From the NCBI GenBank assembly GCA_043228905.1, contig JBHGNT010000169.1:1-61924 (forward strand): 61,924 bases of DNA, given 5' to 3'. Under the pieces are notes generated by a model. It was not told the DNA's origin. It saw only the letters and a program-made list of their open reading frames with translations, and searched no databases. Every line of letters begins with the position of its first letter. Position 1 is the stretch's first letter. The DNA comes from Azolla caroliniana. Lineage: Eukaryota; Plantae; Polypodiophyta. Below, in pieces: positions 9,907 through 22,021 of the stretch. The translations under genes and the position numbers were made by a program.

Positions 9907-12900
9907 TCACTTCGGCATGGGATGTCTCTCCAATCCGACCCTCTTCCGGCACGCTTCCAGCTTGTCGGGTGTGAGCACTTTGGTCAGCATATCTGACCCG
10001 TTCTCTTCCGTGTGGATCTTCGTCAGCATGAACTCCTGGTCTTCTATCCTTTCCCGGATCCAGTGATATCTTCGCTGGATGTGCTTCGTCCGGGACTGAT
10101 AGGCCGCGTTCTTCGCAAGGTGGATGGCACTCTGACTGTCGCAGTAGAGTCGGTACTCCTCTTGCCGGATACCGAGCTCTCTAATGAAGTCCTTCATCCA
10201 TATTATTTCCTTGCCGGCTTCAACAGCCGCCATGTACTCCGCCTCCGTGGTTGACAACGCAACCGTCTTCTGCAGCCTCGACTGCCACGAAACAGCTCCC
10301 CCTGCATACGTCATCACATACCCTGATGTGGACCGGCTGGTATCTTCATCAGCCGACATATCCGAATCGGTAAAGCCGTCGAGTTCGGGCTTACCGGAGC
10401 CGAATCGGAGGCACACGTTTGCCGTGCCCTTCAGGTATCGGAGTATCCACTTGACCGCGTTCCAGTGGTCTTTGCCGGGATTGCTCATGTACCGGCTCAC
10501 CACTCCGACTGCGTATCCTATGTCCGGTCTTGTACACACCATTGCGTACATCAAGCTTCCGACGGCAGAGGCATATGGTACTTTCATCATGTCCTCCTTC
10601 TCAGCCTTTGTCTTGGGGCTCTGCTTGCTGGACAACTTGCAGTTTGCCGGGAGGGTTGACCCGACCGGTCTTGCTTCCGACATGTTGAACCGGTGAAGCA
10701 CCTTTGTCACGTACTTCTCCTGTGACAGCCACAACTGCTTCTTCTTCCGGTCCCGGATGATGTGCATCCCTAGTATTTGCCTCGCCGGACCCAGGTCCTT
10801 CATTGAGAAGGTTCGGTGAAGAGCCTTCTTCAGCATCCGTATCTTGACCTGGTCCCGTCCGACGATCAACATGTCGTCCACGTATAGGAGGAGTATTAGA
10901 AAGTCTCCTCCTTCGAACTTCTTCACAAACACGCAGTGATCGGACTGCGTTTTGTGGTACCCTTCGTCGGTCATGAAGGAGTCGAACTTCCGGTACCATT
11001 GCCGGGGAGCCTGCTTCAGTCCGTAAAGGCTCTTCTTCAACCGGCATACCAGGTGCTCCTTCCCTTTCTTCTCGAATCCTTCCGGTTGCTGCATGTAGAT
11101 CTCTTCTTCGAGGTCACCGTGAAGGAATGCCGTCTTCACGTCCATCTGTTCTACCTCGAGGTCCATGCTTGCCGCTATGCTCAGCACCGTCCGGATGGAG
11201 GTCATCTTCACTACCGGGGCAAATATCTCGTCGAAGTCGACGCCCTTCTTCTGCTGAAACCCCTTCACCACGATCCTGGCTTTGTATCTCGGGGGGTTTC
11301 CGGCATCTCCCGGTTTCAGCTTGAACACCCACTTGTTTCGAAGTGCCCGCTTTCCTTTCGGCAACTCCACAAGTTCATATGTGTGGTTCTCATGCAGGGA
11401 ATCCATCTCGTCCTGCATGGCACTCAACCACCTGCGGCTCTGGGTGTCATGCTTTGCTTCTTCAAAGCTCTCCGGCTCCCCCTCGTCGGTTAGCAGCACG
11501 TGCTCTGGTTCCGGAAATCTCCGGGGGGCCCTTCTCTCTCTTAGAGGATATCTCCGTTCCGGAGCTTCGGTAACCGGTTCTTCCGATTCTTCTTCATCCG
11601 AATCCATTTCGGGATCGGGGCCGGTTCCGGTATCATTTTCATCTTCTTCGGCCGGTTCTGTTTCTTCACCGTCTTCGGCCGGATCCTCGAGAGCTAACCG
11701 GTCCCTTGCCGGTCGGGACTGCTCCTCGTAGAGTTGATCCTCACCGGTCGACTTGGAGCTCTTCATCTTCTTCTCCGACTCCCAGTCGGCGAGTGTCTTG
11801 TTCTCCATGAAGATGATATCTCGACTCCTGAATATCTTCTTGTCGACCGGGTCCCATACTCGGTAGCCGAACTCGTCGTCGCCGTAACCGAGGAATATGC
11901 ATGGCCGGGTCTTTGGATCTAGCTTTCCTCTCCGGTCCTTTGCCACATGCACGTATGCGAGACACCCGAACACCTTCAGATGCCGGTAGGACACTTCCTT
12001 ACCGGTCCACACTTTCTGCGGCGTGTCTCCGTCCAAAGGTACTGAGGGTGATCTATTTATCACATACGTCGCCGTCGACATTGCCTCAGCCCAAAACCCC
12101 TTGGGTAATTTCGCATGCGCCAGCATACTCCGGACCCTCTCCATTATGGTCCGGTTCATCCTCTCGGCCAGCCCGTTCAGTTCCGGCGTCTTCGGCACAG
12201 TAAACTCGAGCCGGATCCCCTTCGAGCGACAGTACTCCTGGAACTGCCCCCGGTATTCCCCTCCGTTATCCGCTCGTATCGCTTTCAGCTTCTTGCCGGA
12301 TTCTCTTTCCACTCTCGCGTGGAGTTCTTTGAAGACGGACAACACTTGGTCCTTTGTCTTCATCGGTGCCGTCCACAGTCTTCGGCTATGATCATCTATG
12401 AATGTTACGAAGTACTGGGCTCCGCCATGTGACTTCGTTTCTACCTGACACACATCGGTGTGCACCAACTCCAATGGTGCGCTACGTCTCGTCGGTGGCC
12501 TTGAGTGGAAGGAGGTTCGGTTCTGCTTACCGGCCAGGCAATCGGTGCACTTTTCCAGGTGCACATGCTTCACTGGGATAAGGTTGTCTTCTGCAAGCCT
12601 CTTCATCCCCTTCTCACTCATGTGGCACAGTCTTTTGTGCCACAGCTCACCGGCAGTGTCGGCTGCCACATTCAGCTCTTCCGGACATAGCCGGGAGTTC
12701 ATCAGGTACAGTGTGTTGACCTTCCGGGCCCGAGCCACTATCAGGCTCCCCTTGCTGAACTTCATGACACCGTTCCGGATGCTACCCGTGTAGCCTTCAT
12801 CATCTAGCCTCCCGGCCGAGATCAGGTTCAATCGGACTTCCGGAACGTGTCGCACATCCTTCAGCAGCATCTTGCATCCGGTTGATGTCATCAGCCACAC

Positions 12901-13980
12901 GTCTCCTATGCCGGCAATCCGGCATGTGCCTTCATTTCCCATCCGGACACAGCCATGCTCACCGGCTGTGTAGGATGAGAAGTATTTCTTCTCCGGGGTC
13001 AGGTGGAACGACGCTCCGGAATCGACCACCCAGGTCATCTCTACACCGGCAAGGTTCAGCTCCCTCTCTTCGGTAATGAGCATTATCTCTTCTTCACTTG
13101 CCGCGAGTGCCGTCGTTCCTTTCCGGTCCTGCCCTCGCCGATCCGGACCTCTCCGGTCCGTGGCTCCCCGGTATGCACCGTTTCTCTCCGGTGACTTCTT
13201 CGAATCGGTGTCGTCGGCTCCGTTGTCCTTTCGGTAATGCCGACAATTCTTCCGGAAGTGCCCCGGCTTCCCACAGTGGAAGCATGTGGGCCTTCCTCTT
13301 GACTGCGACCGGGTCCCCGACTTCTCCCGTCTTTGCGGACTCCGGTTCCATTGTCTTCCCCGATCCGATTCGGTAAGCAGCGCCTTCGAGTCGGAGGCCG
13401 GTTCTTTATCTCTCCGATGCGCTTCTTCGTTCAAAATGCTTGTCTTTACCGTTTGTAGAGACAAGTTATCTTCGGTGCAGGAGGTGCTGAGAGTCACCAC
13501 CAAGTTCTCCCAGCTTTCCGGCAATGTACACATCAGAATGATGGCTTGCATTGCATCCTCCAACGGGAACTTGATCGCCGCAAGCTGGTTCACGAATCCC
13601 ATGAACGTGCTTACGTGTTCCACCATACTCTCGCCGTCCCGATACTTGAGGTTCACTATCTTTCTCATCAGGGAGGTTCGGTTCAACGCATTCTTCCTCT
13701 CGTAGAGGCCCGACAGCTTCCTCCACATCTCATATGCGTTGGTGTCGTTCGCCACGTGTTGTAGAACGCTCACGTCGACGTATTGCCGAATGGTTGCAAC
13801 GGCTTTCCGGTTCAGAAGCCTCCACTCCGTCTCAAGTACCCCCTTGGGTATTTCCGACCTGTCGATCGGTTCATACAGGTCCCGAACAATGAGCAGATCC
13901 TCCATCTTTATCTTCCAGTCGGCGTAGTTCTGCGCATTCAGCACCATCATCCCCGGCTGCCCGCTGCTGCCGCCTTCCAT
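9907..13980 (-). CDS. Copia Gag-Pol polyprotein (Gag, CCHC, PR, GAG-pre-IN, IN, RT, RNase H), uninterrupted
   Basis: Open frame; likely ATG at 13980 after the PBS; motifs CFHCGKPGHFRKNC, WVVDSGASFH, HTDVC, DNGGEY, QMDVKTAFL, LYVDDM, CDSQSA. Confidence 0.95.
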   Translation of the reverse strand: MEGGSSGQPGMMVLNAQNYADWKIKMEDLLIVRDLYEPIDRSEIPKGVLETEWRLLNRKAVATIRQYVDVSVLQHVANDTNAYEMWRKLSGLYERKNALNRTSLMRKIVNLKYRDGESMVEHVSTFMGFVNQLAAIKFPLEDAMQAIILMCTLPESWENLVVTLSTSCTEDNLSLQTVKTSILNEEAHRRDKEPASDSKALLTESDRGRQWNRSPQRREKSGTRSQSRGRPTCFHCGKPGHFRKNCRHYRKDNGADDTDSKKSPERNGAYRGATDRRGPDRRGQDRKGTTALAASEEEIMLITEERELNLAGVEMTWVVDSGASFHLTPEKKYFSSYTAGEHGCVRMGNEGTCRIAGIGDVWLMTSTGCKMLLKDVRHVPEVRLNLISAGRLDDEGYTGSIRNGVMKFSKGSLIVARARKVNTLYLMNSRLCPEELNVAADTAGELWHKRLCHMSEKGMKRLAEDNLIPVKHVHLEKCTDCLAGKQNRTSFHSRPPTRRSAPLELVHTDVCQVETKSHGGAQYFVTFIDDHSRRLWTAPMKTKDQVLSVFKELHARVERESGKKLKAIRADNGGEYRGQFQEYCRSKGIRLEFTVPKTPELNGLAERMNRTIMERVRSMLAHAKLPKGFWAEAMSTATYVINRSPSVPLDGDTPQKVWTGKEVSYRHLKVFGCLAYVHVAKDRRGKLDPKTRPCIFLGYGDDEFGYRVWDPVDKKIFRSRDIIFMENKTLADWESEKKMKSSKSTGEDQLYEEQSRPARDRLALEDPAEDGEETEPAEEDENDTGTGPDPEMDSDEEESEEPVTEAPERRYPLRERRAPRRFPEPEHVLLTDEGEPESFEEAKHDTQSRRWLSAMQDEMDSLHENHTYELVELPKGKRALRNKWVFKLKPGDAGNPPRYKARIVVKGFQQKKGVDFDEIFAPVVKMTSIRTVLSIAASMDLEVEQMDVKTAFLHGDLEEEIYMQQPEGFEKKGKEHLVCRLKKSLYGLKQAPRQWYRKFDSFMTDEGYHKTQSDHCVFVKKFEGGDFLILLLYVDDMLIVGRDQVKIRMLKKALHRTFSMKDLGPARQILGMHIIRDRKKKQLWLSQEKYVTKVLHRFNMSEARPVGSTLPANCKLSSKQSPKTKAEKEDMMKVPYASAVGSLMYAMVCTRPDIGYAVGVVSRYMSNPGKDHWNAVKWILRYLKGTANVCLRFGSGKPELDGFTDSDMSADEDTSRSTSGYVMTYAGGAVSWQSRLQKTVALSTTEAEYMAAVEAGKEIIWMKDFIRELGIRQEEYRLYCDSQSAIHLAKNAAYQSRTKHIQRRYHWIRERIEDQEFMLTKIHTEENGSDMLTKVLTPDKLEACRKRVGLERHPMPK

Positions 13981-16195
13981 TTTCTGTGTTACCGTCGCTC
14001 TGATACCACTTTGTCGAAATTCCGTGCTCGGCCACAACCTAGGAACTGGATCGATTCACAGAAAACGGGAAATACAACAATGCACGAAAACAATAGAGAG
14101 AAGGGTACACTGGATGTTTTACGTGGAAAACCCTAAATGGGAAAAACCACGGGAGTGCAAGACTCCAACTATCACTATACGCGGGAATGTACAATGGCGA
14201 GCTGCAAGGCGACGACCTTGAGCTCACTGTCCTCGCCACAGGCAGCGGTATTACACAGAGGCGTCGACCTCTTCCTTCCTCTTTCTCTCTCACTCTCTCT
14301 CGGCTGCTCTCACTTCGCTCCCTCTTAGTGGAAAACAGAAAAAAATGAGCAACAACATAAACTGTTTGCCCTAAGTCATATTTATACACATATGACTTTC
14401 GGGCTATTTACAAATATAGCCTCAAGGGCTCTTGGCAAACATATTCACAAATATGTCCCCGCATCCGGATCTCCCTCCGGGTACATTCGTCATCCGGCTC
14501 CGTAACCGGGGTCTTCAGCATCCGGCTCCGTAGCCGGGGTATTCATCATCCGGCTCCGTAGCCGGGGTCTTCATCATCCGGCACCGTAGCCGGGGTATTC
14601 ATCATCCGGCTCCGTAGCCGGGGTCTTCATCATCCGGCACCGTAGCCGGGGTCTTCATCATCCGGCTCCGTAGCCGGGGTCTTCATCATCCGGCACCGTA
14701 ACCGCAACCGGGCTTGCCGTCATTCATCTCCGGACATCCCATCCGGAGGGACCGAAATCCCAACAGTGTACTTGTGGAACGGTCGGGTGCACGCCAGCGA
14801 GATCCGAAGGGCCCTTGACCTGAACGTCGAGCGAGGAGGTATGAAAAGGCTGATGGAGGAGGCGGCGGCTCGCCACGCGGAGACCGTCCACTACTCGGCG
14901 TCAGCTGGTATTCGGGTCGGAGGTGGCGAGGCTCCGAAGACGAACAAAGCCGGGTTCTGGCCGACGATGCTAGAAGGCCTCACCGGCGCATGACTAAGGA
15001 AAGAAGAGGCGGACCGCGCGGAAAAACGGGTCCGGGAGGTAACCGGGTGGAGTGACCCGGTGGAAGAAAAGACGGGCTTCGTCGAAGCCGCTTGTCAAAA
15101 CTATGAAGCTCTGGTGGTGGACAAGCAGGTAGGGAAAACCGGAGGGTCCGGGCCCTCGCAACGATATGAAACTCGATTCGGGCAAAGGCGGAATGAGGCC
15201 GGTGTAACCGGCGCCCAGGATAATCCCAAGGGCAGGTACCGGCTGGGCACAGAAATCGAAAGATCCACGGACCTGCGAAAGGTCCTGGAAGAACGAATCC
15301 TCGACAACAAGGTGGAATTGTTGCTGAGGAAAGTGCTCGGGATCGCCAAGAAGGAGTTCCACGACTCCATCATAGACTTGGTGAAGAGGAAGAGGCTGTC
15401 GACGGAGACAGAACCGGAGAAGCCGGTAGAGGTGCGGACGATGCACATAGAGGACATGGCCATGGACTTCTACAAGAAGGGAAAATGGCCAATCAACACC
15501 AAGCACGGGTGGAAAATACGGGCAGCGACGCATGCCACCGAAGAACTGCATGGAGCTTGCCCGAATGTACGAGTAAAGATCGGCGATGTCGAGATTGACT
15601 AGCACTTCTTCGTGCAGGAGACGTCCTCACATCCGGTTATACTAGGAGAACCGTACATCACGGTAGCACGGATGGAGACCAAGGTGTTGGACAACGGCTC
15701 GGCCTATGCAAGGGTCAAGAGCCAGGATGGGCGTCACTCGGTTCAGTTCCTGACGGTGAGACCGAACCATGAGCGGAACCGCGAGACCCTCGGGAGCGAA
15801 AGCCGAGAGGATATTTAGAGAGGGCTATCAAGGCGTGGGGCCGCGATAGTCCGGACACTCTGGGAAACCCCCACAAGTGTACGATAGCGAAGAAGACCTA
15901 TACTATAGGTAGGAAATTTTGGTTCTCTGACAACGGAGGGTGTACGATAGTCGATGTCGTTGGACGGAAGAAGAAAAGGGCGGAGGAGCGACTTCGGGCA
16001 TGTGGTATCCTCGGCCCTGGAGAGGAAATCAATGGAGCCGTGGAGGCAGTCTCTTTCGACGATACCTTGGGGAAGCTGCAAGAGGTAGTCGGAGGAGTCT
16101 TTAAAGAGGACCGGACGATTCCGGTATGTTCGGAAAGGATGTACGAAGTCATCGCGGACTTCAGTAGAGGGCTCGAGTCGGATCGAACGGCCTAG

Positions 16196-19100
16196 GTGGA
16201 CACGAGGTACAAGACTTTGGACCGGAAGGTGAGGCCAGTCGTGGCTCCCTTGCCGGAGGGCAGCGAGTTGCGAATAAAGGGGGTTGCGTCGGACCCGAGT
16301 TTACGAAATCCGGCCCGCATAGGACACACGTTCATCGACATAACACTACGTGAGCTCAAAATTGGTGGGGGCGGCTTCCTACTGCTGGCGGAAGAGGACC
16401 GTATTCGGGGAATGCTCGGAAGGCATGGGAAGGCTTTCACATTCTCACCGGAGGAGATCGGGTGCGTAGACCCGACAGTCGTGGAACTGATGGTGATATT
16501 CACGGTACCGCATGTGCCGTGGAGTCTCAAACCGATTCCAGTACCCAGAGCTCACATCCCGAAGCTGATGAAGCTGTTAAAGCAGAAGGTCGAAATGGGC
16601 GTCCTCGAACCGTCGAGTGCCCCATACTCGAATCGGTGGTTTACCGTGCCGAAGAAGAACGGCACGCTGCGCTTTATTCAAGATCTGCAGCCGGTCAACA
16701 AGGTGACCATTCGAAACGCAGGAATCAGACCGACAATAGACGAGTTCGTGGAGGCCTTCGCCGGGAGGTCAATTTACTCGGTCGGTGATCTCTACTCGGG
16801 GTACGATAAGTTCCAGCTAGCCATGGAGAGCAGAGACATCACGACAATGCGAACTCCACTCGGCCTAGTACGGATGTGTACCCTACCGCAAGGAGGGACG
16901 AACTCGGTGGCTCACATGGTGAACGCAATGAACAAGGTACTGAGGGATTGTATCCCGGACATCACCATGCCGTTTTTGGACGACATGCTGATCAAGGGAT
17001 GCCCGGTGGAGGAAAAGGACGAGACGATCGGACCGGATGGGTGCCGGAAATTCGTGGCGACGCACATCGATGAGTGCGAAAAGGTGCTGCAGAGGTTAGA
17101 GGGCTCAAGGCTCACCTTCTCCGGGGAAAAATCGGCCTTCGAGCAATCAGAGATCATGGTCGTCGGACATCTATGCGGGTCATATGGCCGGAAACCGTCT
17201 CCGGCTAAGGTAGAAGCCATCTCCGCGATGAAGCACGACTATAGCTCGGTCACGGAGGTTCGGAGGTTCTTGGGAGCATGCGCGTTCAACCACATCTGGA
17301 TCCCGCATTATGCCCACGTCGCGGAGCCGTATTACGGGTTGCTAAAAAAGGGGCGAAAATTCGAGTGGAGAGACGAGCATACGGAGTCTGTCCGAAAGAT
17401 GAAGGAAGCACTTGCCGCAGCTCCGGCGCTCCGAAAGGCTGTCTACGGAAAGGACACTCTAATTTACGTAACGGTAGACACGAGTCCGACCGGGATCGGA
17501 TGGGTCATCAACCAAGAGGACGAGGATGGCATGCATTTCCCAATCCGGTTCGGCGCGAAGGTCCTCAGCGAGCGACAACGAGGATACGCCCAGGTTAAAC
17601 GCGAGCTCTGGGGTATCGTTTCGGCGGTAAAGGCCGATAGAGACTACCTGATCGGGACAGAGGTAATTATTGAGATGGAATGCCTGCCAATTCTTGGCAT
17701 GGTTTCTGGATGCGCGACGCCGGACCTGGCAATGCTCAGGTGGATAGCGTACATCAAGTCCCTGAATCCGGAAATACGACACATTTCCGGGAAAGACAAT
17801 GCAATGGCCAACATGCTTTCAAGGGCGAGGTTTGCAAACGAGGGTGGCATGGTTTCGGAGGACGAGGAAGTCGGCGTGGACTTCTTCGAGGCGGCTTACG
17901 TAACAACCGGCAGGGAATGCACTCCAACGCTTAACGATTTCGACGAGAGCAAGTACAACGGGGAGTGGCTACAGATTGGCGGGTTCCTGAAAACAATGGC
18001 ACCGGACGCGGCATGGACAAAGGATGAGGCCAACCGGATTCGGAAGAAAGCGTACCGATTCTTTCTCTGGGGCGGGTACATATGGAAGCACCCGAAGAAG
18101 AGGAACGGCATCCCACTCTGAGTGGTGGCGAAGAAGGAGGAACAGGAGGATTTGTTGGCGGTGTACCACGATAGTCCTTGGGCTGGACACCGTGGAACGT
18201 GGGCCACGTTCGAAAAGCTAGAGGGGAAGTACTGGTGGCCGGGACTGTACCGGGACGTGCATTGGTTCGTGACGACTTGCGAAAGCTGTCAAGTGCACTC
18301 CATGATCCGACACCGGGACGAGCTTCACCCGACCTACCCTCCGACCGTCCACTTCAAGTGGATGGTGGATTTGGTGACGATGCCAATGGGGGTAGGACAG
18401 ATGCGGTATCTGGTGCTGGCTCGCAAGGATCTAACGAACCAGGTTGAAGGCCGAGCCCTACAGAACAAGACGACTGCAGCTGTGTGCCGGTTTTTGTTTG
18501 AGGACGTGGTATGTCGATACGGGTGCGTAGGGAAGATCGTGGCTGACCGTGGTGAGTTGGATGCAGAAGAGGCCGAAGAGTTGTTCGACCGGCTAGGAGT
18601 CAAACTTTCGCTCACCACAACGTACAATCCAAAGGCGAACGGGAAGGTAGAGTGCGGACACGGGCCGATTGTCAAAGCGCTAGTACGGGCGTGCAGAGGC
18701 CAAGTCAGGAACTGGCCACGGCTGCTACCTTATGCCTTGTGGGCGGACCGGACTACGCACAATTCAGTAACTGGGTTCATGCCGGCAGAGCTCATGTTCG
18801 GACAAAAGCCGATCATGCCAACAGAGCAAGCGATCTCCTCATGGGCCACGGTGGACTGGAGGGATGAGATGAGCCGGGAGGAACTGTTGGCGGCGCGGAT
18901 TCGACAGCTCGAGCGGAGGCCGGAGGACGTAGAGCGAGCCACGGAGAAACTTCGGGTAGCGAGGATAAGGAACAAAGCCTGGTTCGACCGCACGCACCGG
19001 CTCCGGCCAAGGAAGATCGAGGAAGGCGACTGGGTGCTAGTCTACGACAGCAGCCTCGACAATCAGCACAGGGCCACGCGGAAGTTTGCGAGGAGGTGGT

Positions 19101-19387
19101 TCGGGCCTTACGTAGTAACAGGCGCCAACGACAATGGGACGTACCAGCTCGCGGAGTTCGACGGTACGAGAATGGCGATACCGGTAGCGGGGAAGAGGAT
19201 CAAAGCGTTCAAGAAACGACACGACGGTGAACCGGAGCTAGGGGGCATGGACAGCAACGACGAGCAGCCCGAGGCGGAGGACGAACCGGTAAACGAGGAA
19301 TATAAACAAGGACCGGTTTTCTCCAGTAGGAACCCAATTTTGGCACATACCGGTGGATGCGCGGTAAGGTGGGGGCAGATGTCGTGA
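16196..19387 (+). pseudogene. Gypsy G1 pol (RT, RNase H, integrase) with an in-frame stop at 18119-18121
   Basis: RT motifs DLYSGYDKF, LPQG, FLDD; RH VDTSPTGIG; integrase HHCC (GHRG...CESC) and VDL/ADRG/E core; no chromodomain. Confidence 0.9.
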
Positions 19388-20034
19388 AGAAAACCGTCCC
19401 CAGGCGCAAACCATGTATAGCAAGTGTGAACCGGCCCTTACACGTGGGCACGCCCCTTGTTGTATAGTAGATAGGTAGGCACAAAGGTCGAATCCTAGGT
19501 AGCAATATTCTATAGAGAGAATTAATGTGATGTAAACGGGTGAAATGGCCTCCCTCTGTGAGCTATAAAAGAGAGGGAGACGGGGAGAGAAGGTATTGCG
19601 CGCTAGAGGGGACGAAGTGCTGTCGGACTGGGACCAAGCTCTTCTTCTCTGTCATTCTCCATAGCTTTCGTTTACGCTAGTTCTCGAGAGGTTGATCCTG
19701 CTCCGTGGAACGCCCGTGTGCTTCTAGCAGAATCTCCATCTTGCTCCCCTGTGTGCGTCGGTGATCAGGCGTCGACATCCATCTCGCCGACCTGATCGGT
19801 TGTAACCGTTCGAGTCGTCTGCATACATATATTTATATACATACACTAGTGTTCTTATACTCTATTTCCTGCTCAACTCGTGTCTCCTGTGTTGTTGGGC
19901 CGCGTCCCCGTGTGCTTCTTTGTCTATACGTGTGTGAGCGTCTCTCTCTCTCTCCCCCTTTTCTCACCTATTCCTCGGTCCAAGACCCCAGTGGTTCCGC
20001 CTTGTTCTCCATGCACGCGCGTAACAACGCGACA

Positions 20035-21829
20035 ACGTCACGACTTGAAGATAGATGCTTTTGCCCAAGCCATTCTAGCACAAATTGATCCATCGTGAGC
20101 ATCTTGTTCACAATCGCAACTACCAGGTACGGACTATCGACAATTCGAATGTCATGATGGATAACTATTCTTTAAGAAACTCTTACAATATGTTCCTAAT
20201 GTTTCTTGTCGCCTTCAAGTAGTCCAAAACTATCATGACACATATACAGCGGGGCATTTTGGTAGTAGTAAAACATTAAATTTAGTACAACGATCATTCT
20301 GGTAGCCCCATATATGACAATTTGTCGAAGATTTTGTTCGGATTTGTGATACATGTTGCAAAACAAAAATGCCAAGGCAACATCCATATGGTTTATTAGA
20401 ACCATTACCAATTCCAACCAAACCGTTGCAATCCATTGCTCTAGATTTCATCATGGATCTTCCGGTCTCTAAGGGATTCGATGCGATCTTAACAATAGTA
20501 GATCGATATACGAAGACGATCCATTTTTTGCCATGTACTAAGGAAATATCCAGTGAGGAAACCGCCGAAACTGTCATGCGTGAAGTATGTCAGCATCATG
20601 GCCTTCCCGATAGTAACATCAGCGAACGTGGACCCTAGTTCATCTCAAAATTCTGGAAGCACCTCTTTAAAATGCTCAAGGTTACTTGTAACCTCTCCTT
20701 CGACTACCACCCACAAACAGACGGCCAAGCAAAACGAACAAATTAGACGCTGGAGCAATATCTTCGGTGTTTTCTAAGTTATCATGAAGATGACTGGGCG
20801 GATATTCTCTAGTTCGCCGAATTTGCGTATAATAACTTTGTCCACTCATCGACAAAGGTTACACAATTTTATGCTTATATGGGTTGTCACCCCCAGTGGT
20901 GTGTATTTGAAACCCCAGAGTTACCCACAAATCCTTGCGCAGAGGATCATTTGGAGCGGGTACGCAAGATACAAGCAGATTTATCTACTCATCTACAACA
21001 AGCTCAACAAACACACAAGGTTTACGCAGATCGTCATCGGCTTCCATCCAGTTTTAACATTGAAGATCGGGTATGACTACTTCGACGACACATCAAGACT
21101 ACTCGCCCATGCGAGAAGTTGGATTATCGGCGATTAGGTCCTTTCCATATTATGGGAAAAATTAATGATGTCGCTTTTCGTCTCAATCTACCTCCACAAC
21201 TTCAGATACATCCGGTGTTTCATAGTTCTCTCCTCGAACCCTATCAAGATAGCACCATCCTAGGTCGTATTAAACAACCTCCACCCCCGATCGAACTTGA
21301 AGATGGACCTGAGTACGAGGTTGCCGCCATCCTCGATTCCACGATTGTTCGCAACAAGCTCTACTATTTAGTTGATTGGCTAGGATATAGTCCCAGCAAG
21401 TGTACTTGGGAACCAATAGAGAATGTGACCAATGCTCGTGCTCTTCTTGAAGAAATCCATCGTCAATATCCAAACAAACCGGGTCCTCAATCTAAAACGA
21501 CTCGTGATACTCATCGCTTTAAAGGGGGGATAATGTCATTATATAGCAAGACTTGAACCCATGACCTTATGTTACATTGGTCAAGCTCTTGACCATTAGA
21601 CTATATGTTATAATACGAAGGATATTATTTTCATTTAAGTTTTACTATAGAAAATTGATGTATATTCCAGATTTCTCTGGAACATTCTAGAAACTTCAGG
21701 AGTACTCCTAAGAACACTATAAAAGGAGGCACAAGGCATTATTTTGAACCAAATCGGTTTAACGCAAGTCTTAAGCCTCCTAGCTACTATTGTATATTCT
21801 CTTAACATAATACATATCTTTTGTTATTA

Positions 21830-21900
<71 letters not shown>

Positions 21901-22021
21901 TTCCGTCTCTTGAGAGTTCTACACCTCCCTTAGTACTAATCCTAATCTTTTAGTACTAATTCATTCTCTGTCTTAGTATTGTTCGTGACAGTACTTCTCT
22001 GTCTTAGTATTGCTCCTGACA
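20035..22021 (+). mobile_element. Degenerate Tcn1-like chromovirus 3' half (integrase, chromodomain, PPT, 3' LTR 21534-22021)
   Basis: ORF pieces GLLEPLPIP, GPF, EYEVAAILDS...YYLVDWLGY; PPT aaagggggga 21521-21530. Confidence 0.9.

Larger units (their letters stand above)
9143..14765 (-). mobile_element. Intact young Ty1/copia element (family A, Tnt1/Tork-like)
   Basis: 754-bp LTRs 9143-9896 and 14012-14765 with two differences spotted by eye; 5-bp TSD GTGTA (9138-9142, 14766-14770); PBS TGGTATCAGAGC (tRNA-iMet, 13997-14008); PPT 9897-9906. Confidence 0.97.
7787..20034 (+). mobile_element. Non-chromodomain Ty3/gypsy element G1 (Phygy/Selgy-like), LTRs 7787-8165 and 19380-20034, degenerate
   Basis: TG..CA LTRs; PBS TGGTGAACCCGATGTGAA (8170-8187) complementary to plant tRNA-Trp; gag from 8208 with CCHC knuckle; RT-RH-IN order; interrupted by a copia at 9143-14765. 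Lineage name is inferred. Confidence 0.9.

Noticed and set aside
13981-14037. N-terminal extension MWPSTEFRQSGIRA of the 1376-aa ORF
   Set aside because: It runs through the LTR end and PBS from a non-ATG start; the ATG at 13980 is more plausible.
19499-19768. GT...AG borders close to the segment missing from the G1 5' LTR, suggesting splicing
   Set aside because: The junction is off by 6 nt, and a spliced U3 would be copied into both LTRs.
6429-20034. 13.6-kb unit bounded by inverted termini, resembling a giant TIR transposon
   Set aside because: The termini are ends of two oppositely oriented gypsy LTRs, and the flanks (copia RNase H vs chromovirus pol) are not one split target.
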